Assembly: GCA_964504365.1 (NCBI GenBank)
Contig: CAZDDW010000007.1
Span: 1-52,728 of the forward strand
DNA length: 52,728 bases
DNA from: an uncultured Gammaproteobacteria bacterium
GTDB lineage: Bacteria > Patescibacteriota > Patescibacteriia > UBA9934 > CAZDDW01
Direction of reading: 5' to 3'
Position 1 is the first letter of the stretch, and every line of letters starts with the position of its first letter. The notes below the pieces were generated by a model. That model ran no database searches, had not been told where the DNA came from, and saw nothing but the letters and a program-made list of their open reading frames with translations. Below, one piece after another: positions 1-10,018 of the stretch. The translations under genes were made by a program, and so were the position numbers.

Positions 1-50
1 GCTAAAGGGCAGCAAGGAACCCCGGGCTTACGCCCGGGGTATTAGCTCTG

Positions 51-81
51 CTAACAAAAAAAGCCTTGCAGGGCAAGGCTT
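51..81 (-). terminator. Intrinsic terminator, copy 1 of a 31-nt direct repeat
   Basis: AAGCCTTG/CAAGGCTT hairpin followed by a T-run on the minus strand, directly after the lipoprotein stop. Confidence 0.7.
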
Positions 82-811
82 AGAGTTCTTCGTGTGGCAA
101 CACGGTTACCCGTTCCAGGTCAGGTGTATGCTTCCCATTACAGGTAATGAAGAAGCCCCAAGAGTATCCTTTCGGGTCCATACCACGGGACACAAACATC
201 TCTTGACACTCCACTTCCCGTGACGGCTCATCTTCCGAAAGTTCCTCGCCCCAATGAATGATCCAAGGGGCCGGCTGCCTAGCCTCGAACTTGAAGTAGC
301 TGGCAAACGGGAGATGGAAAACCGGATCATGAGTACTGTCTTCGGGATGAGTATCATGAACATATAACACTGATAATCCGTTGACCCTATAGGTCAGACG
401 GTCTGGGCCAGGGATGTTCGTCGGCATGTTGCGTCCATGTTCCTGTTCCCCATGATACATCCGCCAGCTGGTATTTCCTTCAATCACCATCTCCTTGGCT
501 ACCAATGGCTGGTTGTCAAGGAACCCGAGGATGAGGGCGTCGCTTGCTTCCTCACCAAGATCCCAGGTAAAGACCACGGATCCGGACTGATCAAGCTTGT
601 GCACGTAACACTGACCCGCTCGATTGACCACCTCAGCAGTATAATAAATACGTGCTCGATCGTAGTTGTAGACCATCACATCCAGGCTATCGTCTTCGGT
701 CGCGTGAGACTGAACCGATTCGTCAGACCCAGCCAGCTGACCAGATTCACTGGAACAGGCACTCAGCCCGACGATGAACAAGAACACGAGACCATATGTG
801 AAAGTGCGCAT
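80..811 (-). CDS. Hypothetical lipoprotein
   Basis: Start moved to ATG 811 behind AAGGAGGGAG; signal peptide ending in lipobox LSAC. Confidence 0.75.
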   Translation of the reverse strand: MRTFTYGLVFLFIVGLSACSSESGQLAGSDESVQSHATEDDSLDVMVYNYDRARIYYTAEVVNRAGQCYVHKLDQSGSVVFTWDLGEEASDALILGFLDNQPLVAKEMVIEGNTSWRMYHGEQEHGRNMPTNIPGPDRLTYRVNGLSVLYVHDTHPEDSTHDPVFHLPFASYFKFEARQPAPWIIHWGEELSEDEPSREVECQEMFVSRGMDPKGYSWGFFITCNGKHTPDLERVTVLPHEEL

Positions 812-851
812 AACTCCCTCCTTGGAGTTGGTGTTGTCACCTGCCCCAACC

Positions 852-882
852 CTAACAAAAAAAGCCTTGAAGATCAAGGCTT
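852..882 (-). repeat. Terminator-like hairpin, copy 2 of the 31-nt direct repeat
   Basis: 28/31 identical to 51-81; differences confined to the loop. Confidence 0.75.
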
Positions 883-952
883 GCACTATCTTTCATTGAC
901 AAGGGCTTGGGTAATTTAGTATATTTTAACCAATATTAATAATAAATTCTTT

Positions 953-1261
953 ATGTCAGAATTCTCAGAAGGTGGCGATCAACAAGGTAAAGTTAATCCG
1001 GTTGAACGCAAGGGTAAAAAAACATACACATTAAGTGAAATGACTGCTGGACTACAACAAGGCCTCAGATACAAACGGCCTTTTGACGATGGTGATGTTA
1101 GTGGAACCGAGTATCTTACACCTCTTAGTCATGGCTCACTCAAACACGAAGTGGTTGGAGATGGTGATGAACAAGGGGGCTGGGGAGGTTCTAGTACAGT
1201 GACTTTAAGCACTCTTGGTAATGGTCGGTGGGATAATGAGGGCTGGATACTTGTAGAATAA
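953..1261 (+). CDS. Hypothetical protein (102 aa)
   Basis: ORF after an AT-rich upstream region with TTGACA at 896; followed by a terminator. Confidence 0.55.
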   Translation: MSEFSEGGDQQGKVNPVERKGKKTYTLSEMTAGLQQGLRYKRPFDDGDVSGTEYLTPLSHGSLKHEVVGDGDEQGGWGGSSTVTLSTLGNGRWDNEGWILVE

Positions 1262-1290
1262 ATAGTCGTAGTCATTAGAATAAAAGATGT

Positions 1291-1328
1291 AAAAGCGCCC
1301 AGACTATCTCTGGGCGCTTTTTATTTTC
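1291..1328. terminator. Bidirectional intrinsic terminator
   Basis: AAAAGCGCCCAGA/TCTGGGCGCTTTT hairpin between convergent genes. Confidence 0.8.
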
Positions 1329-1358
1329 GAAATTGTATTTGGTTTAATCGAAGTAAGA

Positions 1359-2474
1359 CTATCTTACGGATGTATAACCTCCCTCAACCCCGTTTCTTGA
1401 ATACACAATCTGCCAAAGCTGGTTTTTGCGAGCACGGAAAGAGCCGGCGCAGCACAACAAATAATATTTCCACATTCTATAAAATCGCTCATCATATTTG
1501 TCACGCAACTCCGGCCAGTGCTGCTCAAAATTGGCATACCAAGCCATAAGCGTCTTATCGTAATCCTGCCCAAAGCTGTGCCAGTCCTCTAGCACGAACA
1601 GTCCTTCAGCTGCATCAGCCAGCTGCTTTGCCGAAGGCAACATCGAATTCGGAAAAATATATTTCCCAATCCAAGGATCAGTTGTAGTCACAGAACGTGT
1701 GCCACCAATCGACTGAAGTAAAAACAAACCATCATCTTTTAAACAACGGTGAGCAACTTTCATGTATGTTTTAAAATTCTTGTATCCAACATGTTCGACC
1801 ATTCCTAGCGAAATGATATGATCAAACTTTTCATTAAGCTGACGATAATCTTGCAAACGTATCTCAACCGGAAGCCCTTGGCATCTTTCCTGAGCCAATT
1901 TACACTGTTCTTTCGAAATCGTCACACCAACAACTTCTGCCCCATATTTTTCCGCAGCAAACTTGGCAAAACTTCCCCAACCACAACCAATGTCCAAGAC
2001 TCGATCACCTGGCTTCAAACCAGTCTTGCGACAAACCATATCAAGCTTTGCATCTTGTGCCTGATCAAGATTCTCCACATTCTTCCAATACCCACAAGTA
2101 TAAACCATGTTCTTGTCCAACATCGCACGATACAAGTCATTACCAACATCATAGTGTTGTTCTCCAACCTTGAACGATCGTCGACTTGTCTGGCGATTAG
2201 TTAATCGCGAAAGCACAGCGTTTAGAACTGCTGGCAAATGCTTTACACTAATCTTCTTACGTATATCATCACGCAAAATTTTTGTAAACAAAACATCCAG
2301 TTCATCGCAATCCCACCATTTATCCATATACGATTCGCCCAACCCAAGCGAACCTTGGCTTAACACCCGCTTATAAAACCGCTCGTCTTTAACATGAATA
2401 TCCCAAGGCCGATTGCCGTTTATGATAACGTCAAACGAACTTAGTATTTCTTCAGCTGCTTGTTTTGGATTCAT
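1359..2474 (-). CDS. cfa: Cyclopropane fatty acyl phospholipid synthase
   Basis: GSLGLGESYMD, HYDVGNDLY, SAM motif VLDIGCGWG, YIFPN and RMWKYYL motifs. Confidence 0.95.
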   Translation of the reverse strand: MNPKQAAEEILSSFDVIINGNRPWDIHVKDERFYKRVLSQGSLGLGESYMDKWWDCDELDVLFTKILRDDIRKKISVKHLPAVLNAVLSRLTNRQTSRRSFKVGEQHYDVGNDLYRAMLDKNMVYTCGYWKNVENLDQAQDAKLDMVCRKTGLKPGDRVLDIGCGWGSFAKFAAEKYGAEVVGVTISKEQCKLAQERCQGLPVEIRLQDYRQLNEKFDHIISLGMVEHVGYKNFKTYMKVAHRCLKDDGLFLLQSIGGTRSVTTTDPWIGKYIFPNSMLPSAKQLADAAEGLFVLEDWHSFGQDYDKTLMAWYANFEQHWPELRDKYDERFYRMWKYYLLCCAGSFRARKNQLWQIVYSRNGVEGGYTSVR

Positions 2475-2481
2475 GATTAGA

Positions 2482-3498
2482 TTATTTATTTGCTAACCCT
2501 CTTTTTATCATTGAGTCAATTTCATCATCTGCATTTATATAATGAATTTTAATGTCTGGATATTCATTGTTAAAAACTCGAAAAACCTCATCTACGAAAG
2601 CCTGGCCCACAGATTTGACCCCCTTAAAATCCAGCACGACTGTTTTAAACTTTTCTAGTCCAATTAACAATCGTTTTGCTTGAGATCTTGATACGTGAGG
2701 ATCGTCTGGATCCGCGCTTAATGCTACTGCTACGATCGTTTTTCCAAACCCGATCTCTTGGTCGGTATATTCGCCAAATACTTCTCCTGGTGATTTCTTT
2801 GAATCTAGAGATATCACCATTTCGATAAGAGTACCTTCTCCAAAATTTTCATTTTTTTCAGGCGAAAGAAACCAGTCTTCATTTTCAAATGTGTAGTACA
2901 TGTCGCTTGAAAAAATTGAAAAACTGTCGAACATTCTGGATGTAAAAAATATCCCTTCTCCGGTATGATTTGCAGGGTCAGTCGTAAATTTACCTTTTGA
3001 TAAATGAAGAATACTTTCCTTTATGGAATCTAATTTTAGTGCATGTTGAATTTTATTAAATATTCCGACCCCATTATCCATAACCCTGATAACTAAAGTA
3101 TTATCACTAATTTTTATATCTGTGAAAATTGTGGTTCCTTTTGAATGATCAATTGCATTGTTGAAAATCTCAGTAAAACCATAGGCACTAATTCTATATA
3201 TATTTTCTGGATAAGATAAAATAAGAGGCTTAACATACTTTGACCAGATTTTATCTTCTTCTAGACCAGATTTTATTTTTTCAATAAATTCAATATGATT
3301 TCCTTTGGCAAGAAAATAGCGAGTCCATCTCGTACGACCTGTTCTGATAATATTTCCATTTTCTATTTCTCTTCTTAAATACTGATGAGCTCTTTGTCTT
3401 GAAAATCCAAATTTTTCAACCAGAATCGTCGCAATGTCGCCTGGATGATTTTCAACATTGTCTATAATAAATTCTTGTATAACATTGGTTTTTTTCAT
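2482..3498 (-). CDS. Winged-HTH + HATPase-like + STAS-like (DUF4325-type) protein
   Basis: N-terminal FSRQRAHQYL HTH, EIFNNAIDH and DNGVG boxes, GEGIFFTSR, C-terminal VLDFKGVKSVGQAFVDEVFRVF; start moved to ATG 3498. Confidence 0.85.
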   Translation of the reverse strand: MKKTNVIQEFIIDNVENHPGDIATILVEKFGFSRQRAHQYLRREIENGNIIRTGRTRWTRYFLAKGNHIEFIEKIKSGLEEDKIWSKYVKPLILSYPENIYRISAYGFTEIFNNAIDHSKGTTIFTDIKISDNTLVIRVMDNGVGIFNKIQHALKLDSIKESILHLSKGKFTTDPANHTGEGIFFTSRMFDSFSIFSSDMYYTFENEDWFLSPEKNENFGEGTLIEMVISLDSKKSPGEVFGEYTDQEIGFGKTIVAVALSADPDDPHVSRSQAKRLLIGLEKFKTVVLDFKGVKSVGQAFVDEVFRVFNNEYPDIKIHYINADDEIDSMIKRGLANK

Positions 3499-3506
3499 AT
3501 ATCCAT

Positions 3507-3570
3507 TGTAAACTATTTTAGAATTCTTTGTAAACCCCCAAAATGCTCTTTGTAAACCCCTTATGTAAAC
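3507..3570. promoter_or_regulatory. Four TGTAAAC direct repeats over the promoter of the wHTH-ATPase gene
   Basis: Copies at 3507, 3529, 3551 and 3564; they overlap minus-strand TTTACA..TACAAT hexamers. Confidence 0.55.
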
Positions 3571-3695
3571 CCTTATTTTAGTCAAATCTTCTCTTTTATT
3601 GAAATATTATGACTAATTGTATCATATCTAAACTTCTGATAGGATATCTACTATAATAGAGAAAGAGGAACTATATAAATAATTAACTAAAAATT

Positions 3696-4448
3696 ATGTA
3701 CGAATCACTTGTACCGATTCTGATATTTATCCTGATTGTGGTCTTGGCCAGTATCAAGCAGATCAATCAGTACCAACGCGGAGTCAAGTTCCGCTTAGGT
3801 AAATTTGTTGGAATCATGGAACCAGGTTGGCGCTTGGTTATTCCGATTTTTTACTCATACAGAAAAGTTGATATCCGAGTTAAAGCGGTTGATGTTCCTG
3901 ATCAGGAGGCGATTACTAAGGACAATGTATCCGCTCGCATCAACGCCGTGATCTATTACAAGGTCAAAGACGCTGGCAAAGCAGTGATCGAAGTTGAGAG
4001 CTACCGTCACGCGGTTTCGCAACTTGCTCAAACCACAATGCGTAATATCTGTGGTGAGCTTTCACTTGATGAGCTGCTTTCTAACCGTGACCAGGCTGCT
4101 AAACGTATTCGCGAAATCGTTGATAATTTGACTGATCCTTGGGGGATCGACGTTGAGAACGTTGAGCTGAAGGACGTTACACTGCCAGAAGAGATGAAGC
4201 GAACAATTGCTAAGCAAGCCGAAGCTGAGCGTGAACGCCGAGCTGTTGTGATCAAGGCCGAAGGTGAGGTTGAAGCTTCTGCCAATTTAGCTAAAGCAGC
4301 CAACACATTGGCCACAAGTGCCGGAGCATTACACTTACGAACACTGTCCAGTCTAAACGACCTTAGTTCTGACCAATCAAATACGGTTGTCTTTGCTGTG
4401 CCGTTGGAGATCCTACGAGCATTTGAAAAAATGGGTGGTAAGGAATAA
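3696..4448 (+). CDS. SPFH/band 7 (stomatin/slipin) membrane protein
   Basis: N-terminal TM, RGVKFRLG, AITKDNV, LAQTTMR, AKQAEAERERRA. Confidence 0.93.
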   Translation: MYESLVPILIFILIVVLASIKQINQYQRGVKFRLGKFVGIMEPGWRLVIPIFYSYRKVDIRVKAVDVPDQEAITKDNVSARINAVIYYKVKDAGKAVIEVESYRHAVSQLAQTTMRNICGELSLDELLSNRDQAAKRIREIVDNLTDPWGIDVENVELKDVTLPEEMKRTIAKQAEAERERRAVVIKAEGEVEASANLAKAANTLATSAGALHLRTLSSLNDLSSDQSNTVVFAVPLEILRAFEKMGGKE

Positions 4449-4452
4449 ATAA

Positions 4453-4491
4453 TAAAAACAGACGAAGCACTATGCCTCGTCTGTTTTTTGT
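4453..4491. terminator. Bidirectional terminator
   Basis: AAAAACAGACGA/TCGTCTGTTTTTT hairpin between convergent genes. Confidence 0.8.
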
Positions 4492-4495
4492 TTTA

Positions 4496-6712
4496 CTAAT
4501 CTATCTTCCCTCCAACTCCAATTATCACTCGTGACCCGATTCCGATTCGCAAATGATAACTACTAAGATCCATATCCAACGAACCGTTTCCATTAATCGT
4601 TAACGTGACACTGTCAGCAACAATCACATTCGCAGGTGCAACTTCATCAGAACTAATTGTACAGTCACTGGTCACAGTCCAGTCCCCAGATCCTGGCACT
4701 GAACAATCATCCTCGTCATCGTTTTGTATAATCCTTTTATAAAGCGCGGGTTGAGGTTGAGGTTCATACCCATCTTCATAAATAACATACAAGTCATCAA
4801 TTATAATTATATCTGAGCTCGATCCTGTGGCATTAGAAATGTACATTTCATATTCTTCACCATCAGTTAAATCCACATCACCAATTAAAAGCCACTCATC
4901 ACAGCGCGCTGTTGAGCTCCAACCCTCCCAAATACCATCAATCGGATTAATATCCCGATCACATGTCCTATCCCCACCAGCAAAATCAAAAGTATCAGAA
5001 AGAATCGTGCCACCACCGTTAACCTCGGTTATCTCTATTGGTACTGAGTTGCTTTTAGTTTGTGTACTCCATGGGGCAAACATGTACAGTTGATGGTCAC
5101 CACTGTTGCTTGCAGTAAAACGAAGTGTTGCAGTTGCTGTAGGATTTGGTGATGAAGTTGTTGACGTGTAGTACAGATCGCTTTCTTCATGACCATCGCC
5201 ATTCCCTTTGGTGGTTACAGGTACCCATGTCCCTGTATGTGACCACATCGATGAACCCTCATCAATCCAGTGTAACCAATCAAACGCAGGATGACCCTCA
5301 ATGAATGATTCTGGATCTTGATAATACTGACCAACTTCGTCTTCTGAGCCTGGATCCCAGTGCCCAGCATGATATGGATCAGGATGATCTTCTTCTCGGA
5401 TCTCAAAGTGCAAATGACAAGCAAAATCTCCACCAACCGCACCAATACTACCAACCTCAACACGATCACCTTCATCATCTTCTAAAGCCACAGGAAAACC
5501 TTCTGAAACATCAACCTCATCAGCATGCCCATATTGAGATGTAACATAGTCTGAATCATAGCTCCCGTTGAATGGTGCATAATTATGGGTGATTGTTAAT
5601 GAGCCCCAACTAGCAACATCAACATCCTGAACACAACCAGCGGCTACAGTATTAAATCCATCATTTGGATTTGTACAAACTTCGATCCAGTTACCGTAAT
5701 CATCTTGCACATGCTCATGATCGTACGAGTTATTAAAATCAACTCCAGGATGATACCAACTGTAACTACATGAATAATTAACTCCTGGTTCACCTGAACA
5801 ACCAGCACTTGCTGGATACCCCATAAACAAATCACCATAAGTAATATCAGAGATTGGAAGGGCAAAACCTGAATATGCCGGCGTATCTTCAATAACACAA
5901 GTTTGATATACCTCACCTGCTTCTGCATGTGCAGCTGGAATCAATGACATTAACAAAGATTCGTTTTCGTACTTATCAGATGGATTCAATATCTGTTCAA
6001 GTATATTCTGCTCCTGTTGATTCAAATAAAAGTAGAAACCTGAGCTTCCAACCAGATCCTGAAACCCGGTAATATCAATTTCACTCTGACGATAAAGCTG
6101 TTTATCTTTGATATAACAAGGATTAGTAGAACTACATAACCCTGTATATTGAGCTGTTTCCAAGGCCATGACCTGAAGATCATTTTCAGACATTGCCTGA
6201 TAGTACAAGGACCAAGCCAAAGCAATTTCCGCTCGGCTACTTTCTGGATATTCAATGGCCAGTTTCCGAGCGTACTGTGCTGCGGTTTCAGGGTGCTTAA
6301 ATTTTATCGCCGCTCTTGTAGCTTGCTTCAAGGCAGTCTCGCCAACTGTTTTTTTGTTTATTATCTTGCTACCAAATTCAGCCTCTGCTAGTTCATACTC
6401 TGCCAAAGCGTTTTCATAGTCCTCGGCCTGAACATGGATATCCCCGTTCCAAACATGCATCAACCCCTCAGACTTTGGTTCTAACTCAATTATATTCTCA
6501 ATTACACCAAGCGCTGCTGAATAGTTTTTTTCTACCCTATAGCCACGAATCTGCTCAGACATTTCCGCCCAAAATTCTTGATGCGGATCAGATAAGTCTG
6601 ATCTAACAAAGACAGAGGATTCACTTTCCTGAGCAGCCATATGAATATCAACAGGTTGCAGATTTAACACCGACATCATGCTGATACCAATTGCGATAAG
6701 TATAGTATTCAT
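4496..6712 (-). CDS. Secreted protein with TPR-like region and M23 metallopeptidase domain
   Basis: Signal peptide; TPR-like helices; HPGVDF (HxxxD), YGH and HLHFEIR (HxH); C-terminal beta-rich domains. Confidence 0.8.
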   Translation of the reverse strand: MNTILIAIGISMMSVLNLQPVDIHMAAQESESSVFVRSDLSDPHQEFWAEMSEQIRGYRVEKNYSAALGVIENIIELEPKSEGLMHVWNGDIHVQAEDYENALAEYELAEAEFGSKIINKKTVGETALKQATRAAIKFKHPETAAQYARKLAIEYPESSRAEIALAWSLYYQAMSENDLQVMALETAQYTGLCSSTNPCYIKDKQLYRQSEIDITGFQDLVGSSGFYFYLNQQEQNILEQILNPSDKYENESLLMSLIPAAHAEAGEVYQTCVIEDTPAYSGFALPISDITYGDLFMGYPASAGCSGEPGVNYSCSYSWYHPGVDFNNSYDHEHVQDDYGNWIEVCTNPNDGFNTVAAGCVQDVDVASWGSLTITHNYAPFNGSYDSDYVTSQYGHADEVDVSEGFPVALEDDEGDRVEVGSIGAVGGDFACHLHFEIREEDHPDPYHAGHWDPGSEDEVGQYYQDPESFIEGHPAFDWLHWIDEGSSMWSHTGTWVPVTTKGNGDGHEESDLYYTSTTSSPNPTATATLRFTASNSGDHQLYMFAPWSTQTKSNSVPIEITEVNGGGTILSDTFDFAGGDRTCDRDINPIDGIWEGWSSTARCDEWLLIGDVDLTDGEEYEMYISNATGSSSDIIIIDDLYVIYEDGYEPQPQPALYKRIIQNDDEDDCSVPGSGDWTVTSDCTISSDEVAPANVIVADSVTLTINGNGSLDMDLSSYHLRIGIGSRVIIGVGGKID

Positions 6713-6731
6713 AATAATTTATTTTATATAC

Positions 6732-9302
6732 TTAGCACCCACTTCCAATACAAATCTCTCCATCTGAAGTAATATCGCCTGTTATTTCAATCTCACCATC
6801 CTTGTTCACAACAAATGCATCATTCCTGTCCGCATTTGATGTTCCGTTTCCAATAACAAATAATGGCTCAGTATCAACCCAAGCATCGTTCGATCCTTCG
6901 GCCTCATTGTATCGACCAACTACAAACGAAGCGTATGATTCAACATCTGTGCTGTACCCAAATCCTGTGGCGTAGTCTGCATCTACGTCAACATTCTTAT
7001 TAAAGGCTGCTGAGTAATTACCGTTTGCATCATTGCTCCACCCGGCAACAATTGAACCTTGCCCATCAGCACTATTGTACGCACCAAAGCCTGCTGAATA
7101 ATCACCAGTTACTTCAACATTATCTCCAAGTGAAACAGATGAGACTCCACTAGCTTCAGAACTATACCCAGAAGCAATTGAATAATATCCAATATTGTTT
7201 GAGTTCCATTCATCTGCAGCTACATGCCCAGCACGAAATGCTGCCTTTGCTGGATGCCACATCATGCGTGTTCCAGCGTCTTGTGCTGAAATTGAACCGC
7301 TTCCTATCGTACCCGTGAATAAAACTCCGTCATTTCCACCAACATGCAGTTCAGCGTCTGGACTTGATACACCGATACCAACATCACCGACATCATAGTA
7401 AATATCATCACCATTCACATTCCAGACAGTCGATCCTCCACCACCATCACCAATACAACCATTTACGTCACAGACAGTACCACTAGCAACAATGTTTCCA
7501 TTAACATCCAGAGCCTCTGCCGGACTAACGTTATTAATTCCGATTCTACCAGTATCCATAACTGTCATTAATTCCACATCATCAGAAGCACGTGAAAAAT
7601 TATATTGCCAACCAGTACCATCACCAAATTTCAATTGACCTACTTCTGGTGAGCCATCACCAGGTTCTAACGTGTACGAACTGATTGCAAATGTGTCTCC
7701 GGAAATTGTCCCTTCAACATCTAGATTATAGTTTGGATTATATGTACCAATACCAACGTTACCTGATGTATCAATAACTAACCTGTCTACCAGAGCGTCG
7801 CGATCATATAAGAAGAACTTTCCAAGGTGTTCTACTCCGTCGCCATATGTATCAGTTGAACCAACAAACATGTCCCAACGCCCACCATCTGCTTCGGTAT
7901 TATCTAAAGTAAGCATTGGTTCTTCTCCATCTTGTTCTATGGTCAAATCTTGCAAAAAGACACTTTCTGCTGCAACAGCCAATCCGTTTCCTTCGCCAAC
8001 ATATACACCCCCAGATCCAACAGCCAATCCGTTTCCAACACTCAAATCATTTCCAACACTCATGTTTTCGCTCACCGTAATACTATTGCTATTTACATCA
8101 CCGATGTTTGCTGCGTGTACGTCGGCTCCTCCAATATCAAGCACTGTCAGGCTGTCTGAAATAGAATTGGCAACATAAGCATATTTACCCGACACGTGCA
8201 CATCATAAGCACCATCCATATTGCCATGTGTAAGAGAACCTTCAAACACAGGACTGGTCGGATCTGAAATATCTACAATGGCAAGGCCATCGGATTCATG
8301 GCCTGTCACATAAGCATATTTACCCGATACATTAACAGAGTTGGGACTATCCATGTTAATACTATCAGCAACAGTACCTACTAACATTGGGTTAGCTGGA
8401 TTTGAAATATCAATCACAGACAAACTATCTGTAAAATGACTTGTCACATAAGCATACGTTCCAGAAACATAGACCGAGTTAATACCGTTTAAACTAGAAT
8501 GCTTTAACGAACCTGCAAGTGTTGGACTAGAAGGATCAGAAATATCTACAACCGCAAGATTATCTGAATAAAAACCTGCAACATATGCATACGTACCAGA
8601 CACAGTCACTGAACGAGCGCCGTATAGATTAGCGCCGTCTATAAGAGAACCTTCAAGTACTGGATTGGTTGGATCTGAAATATTAATTACTGCAAGACTA
8701 TTTGAATTTCGACCAACAACATACGCATACATACCTGATACAGAAACCGATCGAGCACTGTCCATTGTGGAACTATCAAGAATCGATCCTTCAAAAATTG
8801 GGTTGCTAGGATTTGAAATATTGATTATTGAAAGACCATCTGATTCATAACCAACAACATACGCATACATACCTGATACATCAACTGAAAATGCACCGTT
8901 CAAGTTAGGATGAGCTATTATGCCTTCAATCACCGGATTGTTAGGGTCAGCAATATTTATGATATTAAGTCGATCTGAGTTAAACCCTGTAACAAAGGCG
9001 TATTGATTTGACACATCAACTGAACAAGCGCCATTCAAACTTGTATTATTAACAAAACCCTCGAGCTCAGGGCTACCAGGGTTATCTACAAGAAGTGTTC
9101 CTTCAGTAATGTGCATTTTTTCTTCTGGTTGATCTGTTCCAATACCAAGAAAATTATTTAGACTATCGTACCAGACGCTGGAGTCAATGTACTCCACACC
9201 ATCCCAATACGGGATATTATTCACAGTGAGCGCTGCGGCTGGGAGGACAAGGATAGTAAAAAAAAGCATGGCCCCTGCCACAGAAATAAGTATTTTTTTC
9301 AT
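6732..9302 (-). CDS. Secreted LVIVD-repeat protein with tail-fibre/adhesin-like C-terminus
   Basis: About seven ~45-aa repeats (VSGxYAYV..LAVIDISDPxxP); GNVGIGT-type repeats; Gly/Ser/Ala beta-roll segment; EPLFVIGNG. Confidence 0.85.
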   Translation of the reverse strand: MKKILISVAGAMLFFTILVLPAAALTVNNIPYWDGVEYIDSSVWYDSLNNFLGIGTDQPEEKMHITEGTLLVDNPGSPELEGFVNNTSLNGACSVDVSNQYAFVTGFNSDRLNIINIADPNNPVIEGIIAHPNLNGAFSVDVSGMYAYVVGYESDGLSIINISNPSNPIFEGSILDSSTMDSARSVSVSGMYAYVVGRNSNSLAVINISDPTNPVLEGSLIDGANLYGARSVTVSGTYAYVAGFYSDNLAVVDISDPSSPTLAGSLKHSSLNGINSVYVSGTYAYVTSHFTDSLSVIDISNPANPMLVGTVADSINMDSPNSVNVSGKYAYVTGHESDGLAIVDISDPTSPVFEGSLTHGNMDGAYDVHVSGKYAYVANSISDSLTVLDIGGADVHAANIGDVNSNSITVSENMSVGNDLSVGNGLAVGSGGVYVGEGNGLAVAAESVFLQDLTIEQDGEEPMLTLDNTEADGGRWDMFVGSTDTYGDGVEHLGKFFLYDRDALVDRLVIDTSGNVGIGTYNPNYNLDVEGTISGDTFAISSYTLEPGDGSPEVGQLKFGDGTGWQYNFSRASDDVELMTVMDTGRIGINNVSPAEALDVNGNIVASGTVCDVNGCIGDGGGGSTVWNVNGDDIYYDVGDVGIGVSSPDAELHVGGNDGVLFTGTIGSGSISAQDAGTRMMWHPAKAAFRAGHVAADEWNSNNIGYYSIASGYSSEASGVSSVSLGDNVEVTGDYSAGFGAYNSADGQGSIVAGWSNDANGNYSAAFNKNVDVDADYATGFGYSTDVESYASFVVGRYNEAEGSNDAWVDTEPLFVIGNGTSNADRNDAFVVNKDGEIEITGDITSDGEICIGSGC

Positions 9303-9473
9303 ATATAAAAAATATCTTCTTAAGATTTAAGCCTGTTGGTTAAACATTAATTAGAATAATTACACCCATCATATTACGTATTTAAGCGATGTCAAGAAGG
9401 CAGGGCTTTACAACCGGCCCAAAAAATGCCAAACTTAAAAGTCACACTATTTAGACCATATAAGCACAAAAAG

Positions 9474-9503
9474 AAAATCCAGCACGCGTTCCGTGCTGGT
9501 TTT
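9474..9503 (-). terminator. Intrinsic terminator
   Basis: CCAGCACG/CGTGCTGG hairpin at the stop of the upstream gene. Confidence 0.65.
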
Positions 9504-10003
9504 TAGTTGCCGTCCCAATAGACATCGGCAGTAACGTTTCCGGCTCGGCCAATGAAGTGAGCCCGACCGTCGCTGCCGTAGTGAAGCTTGCGGACAGTCT
9601 GAAACGGTCCTTTGGTTTTCTCACCCCACTGAACGTGGTACTTACCATTTTCGCGGTAGTAAAAGAGTAGTTTTCCGTGGAAGACTCCCTTGACTACCAA
9701 CTCTTCGAACGGGCCATGATGTACTTCGCCCCAGTAGACGTGCCAGAGGCGGTCGCTGTCCTGGGCAGTGAAAAGCACGTGGTCTTCGTGGATCGACCTG
9801 TCAGTATGGGCGTAGGTGAATGGGCCATATCGCTGTTCATCCCAAACCACATACCAGTCGTTGTTTTCGATAACAACGCGAGGCTCGAACTGTTCAGGTG
9901 GCGGCGCGTCGTTGGCTTTGGCAACCATACTGACGCCGATGATGATCAAAAGCAGAATGAACGCAATACCACTAATCAAGGTTGACTTGTTCCAGGTGCG
10001 CAA
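9503..10003 (-). CDS. Hypothetical exported protein with short W-x4-GPF beta repeats
   Basis: TTG start after AAGGAG; hydrophobic leader; three xxVxWxxxxxGPF repeats. Confidence 0.7.
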   Translation of the reverse strand: MRTWNKSTLISGIAFILLLIIIGVSMVAKANDAPPPEQFEPRVVIENNDWYVVWDEQRYGPFTYAHTDRSIHEDHVLFTAQDSDRLWHVYWGEVHHGPFEELVVKGVFHGKLLFYYRENGKYHVQWGEKTKGPFQTVRKLHYGSDGRAHFIGRAGNVTADVYWDGN

Positions 10004-10018
10004 GGTGTCTGTTCTCCT

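Noticed and set aside
19-40. ACCCCGGGC-TTAC-GCCCGGGGT hairpin at the window start
   Set aside because: The loop matches the REP family but the stem differs and the context is cut by the window edge, so it cannot be assigned.
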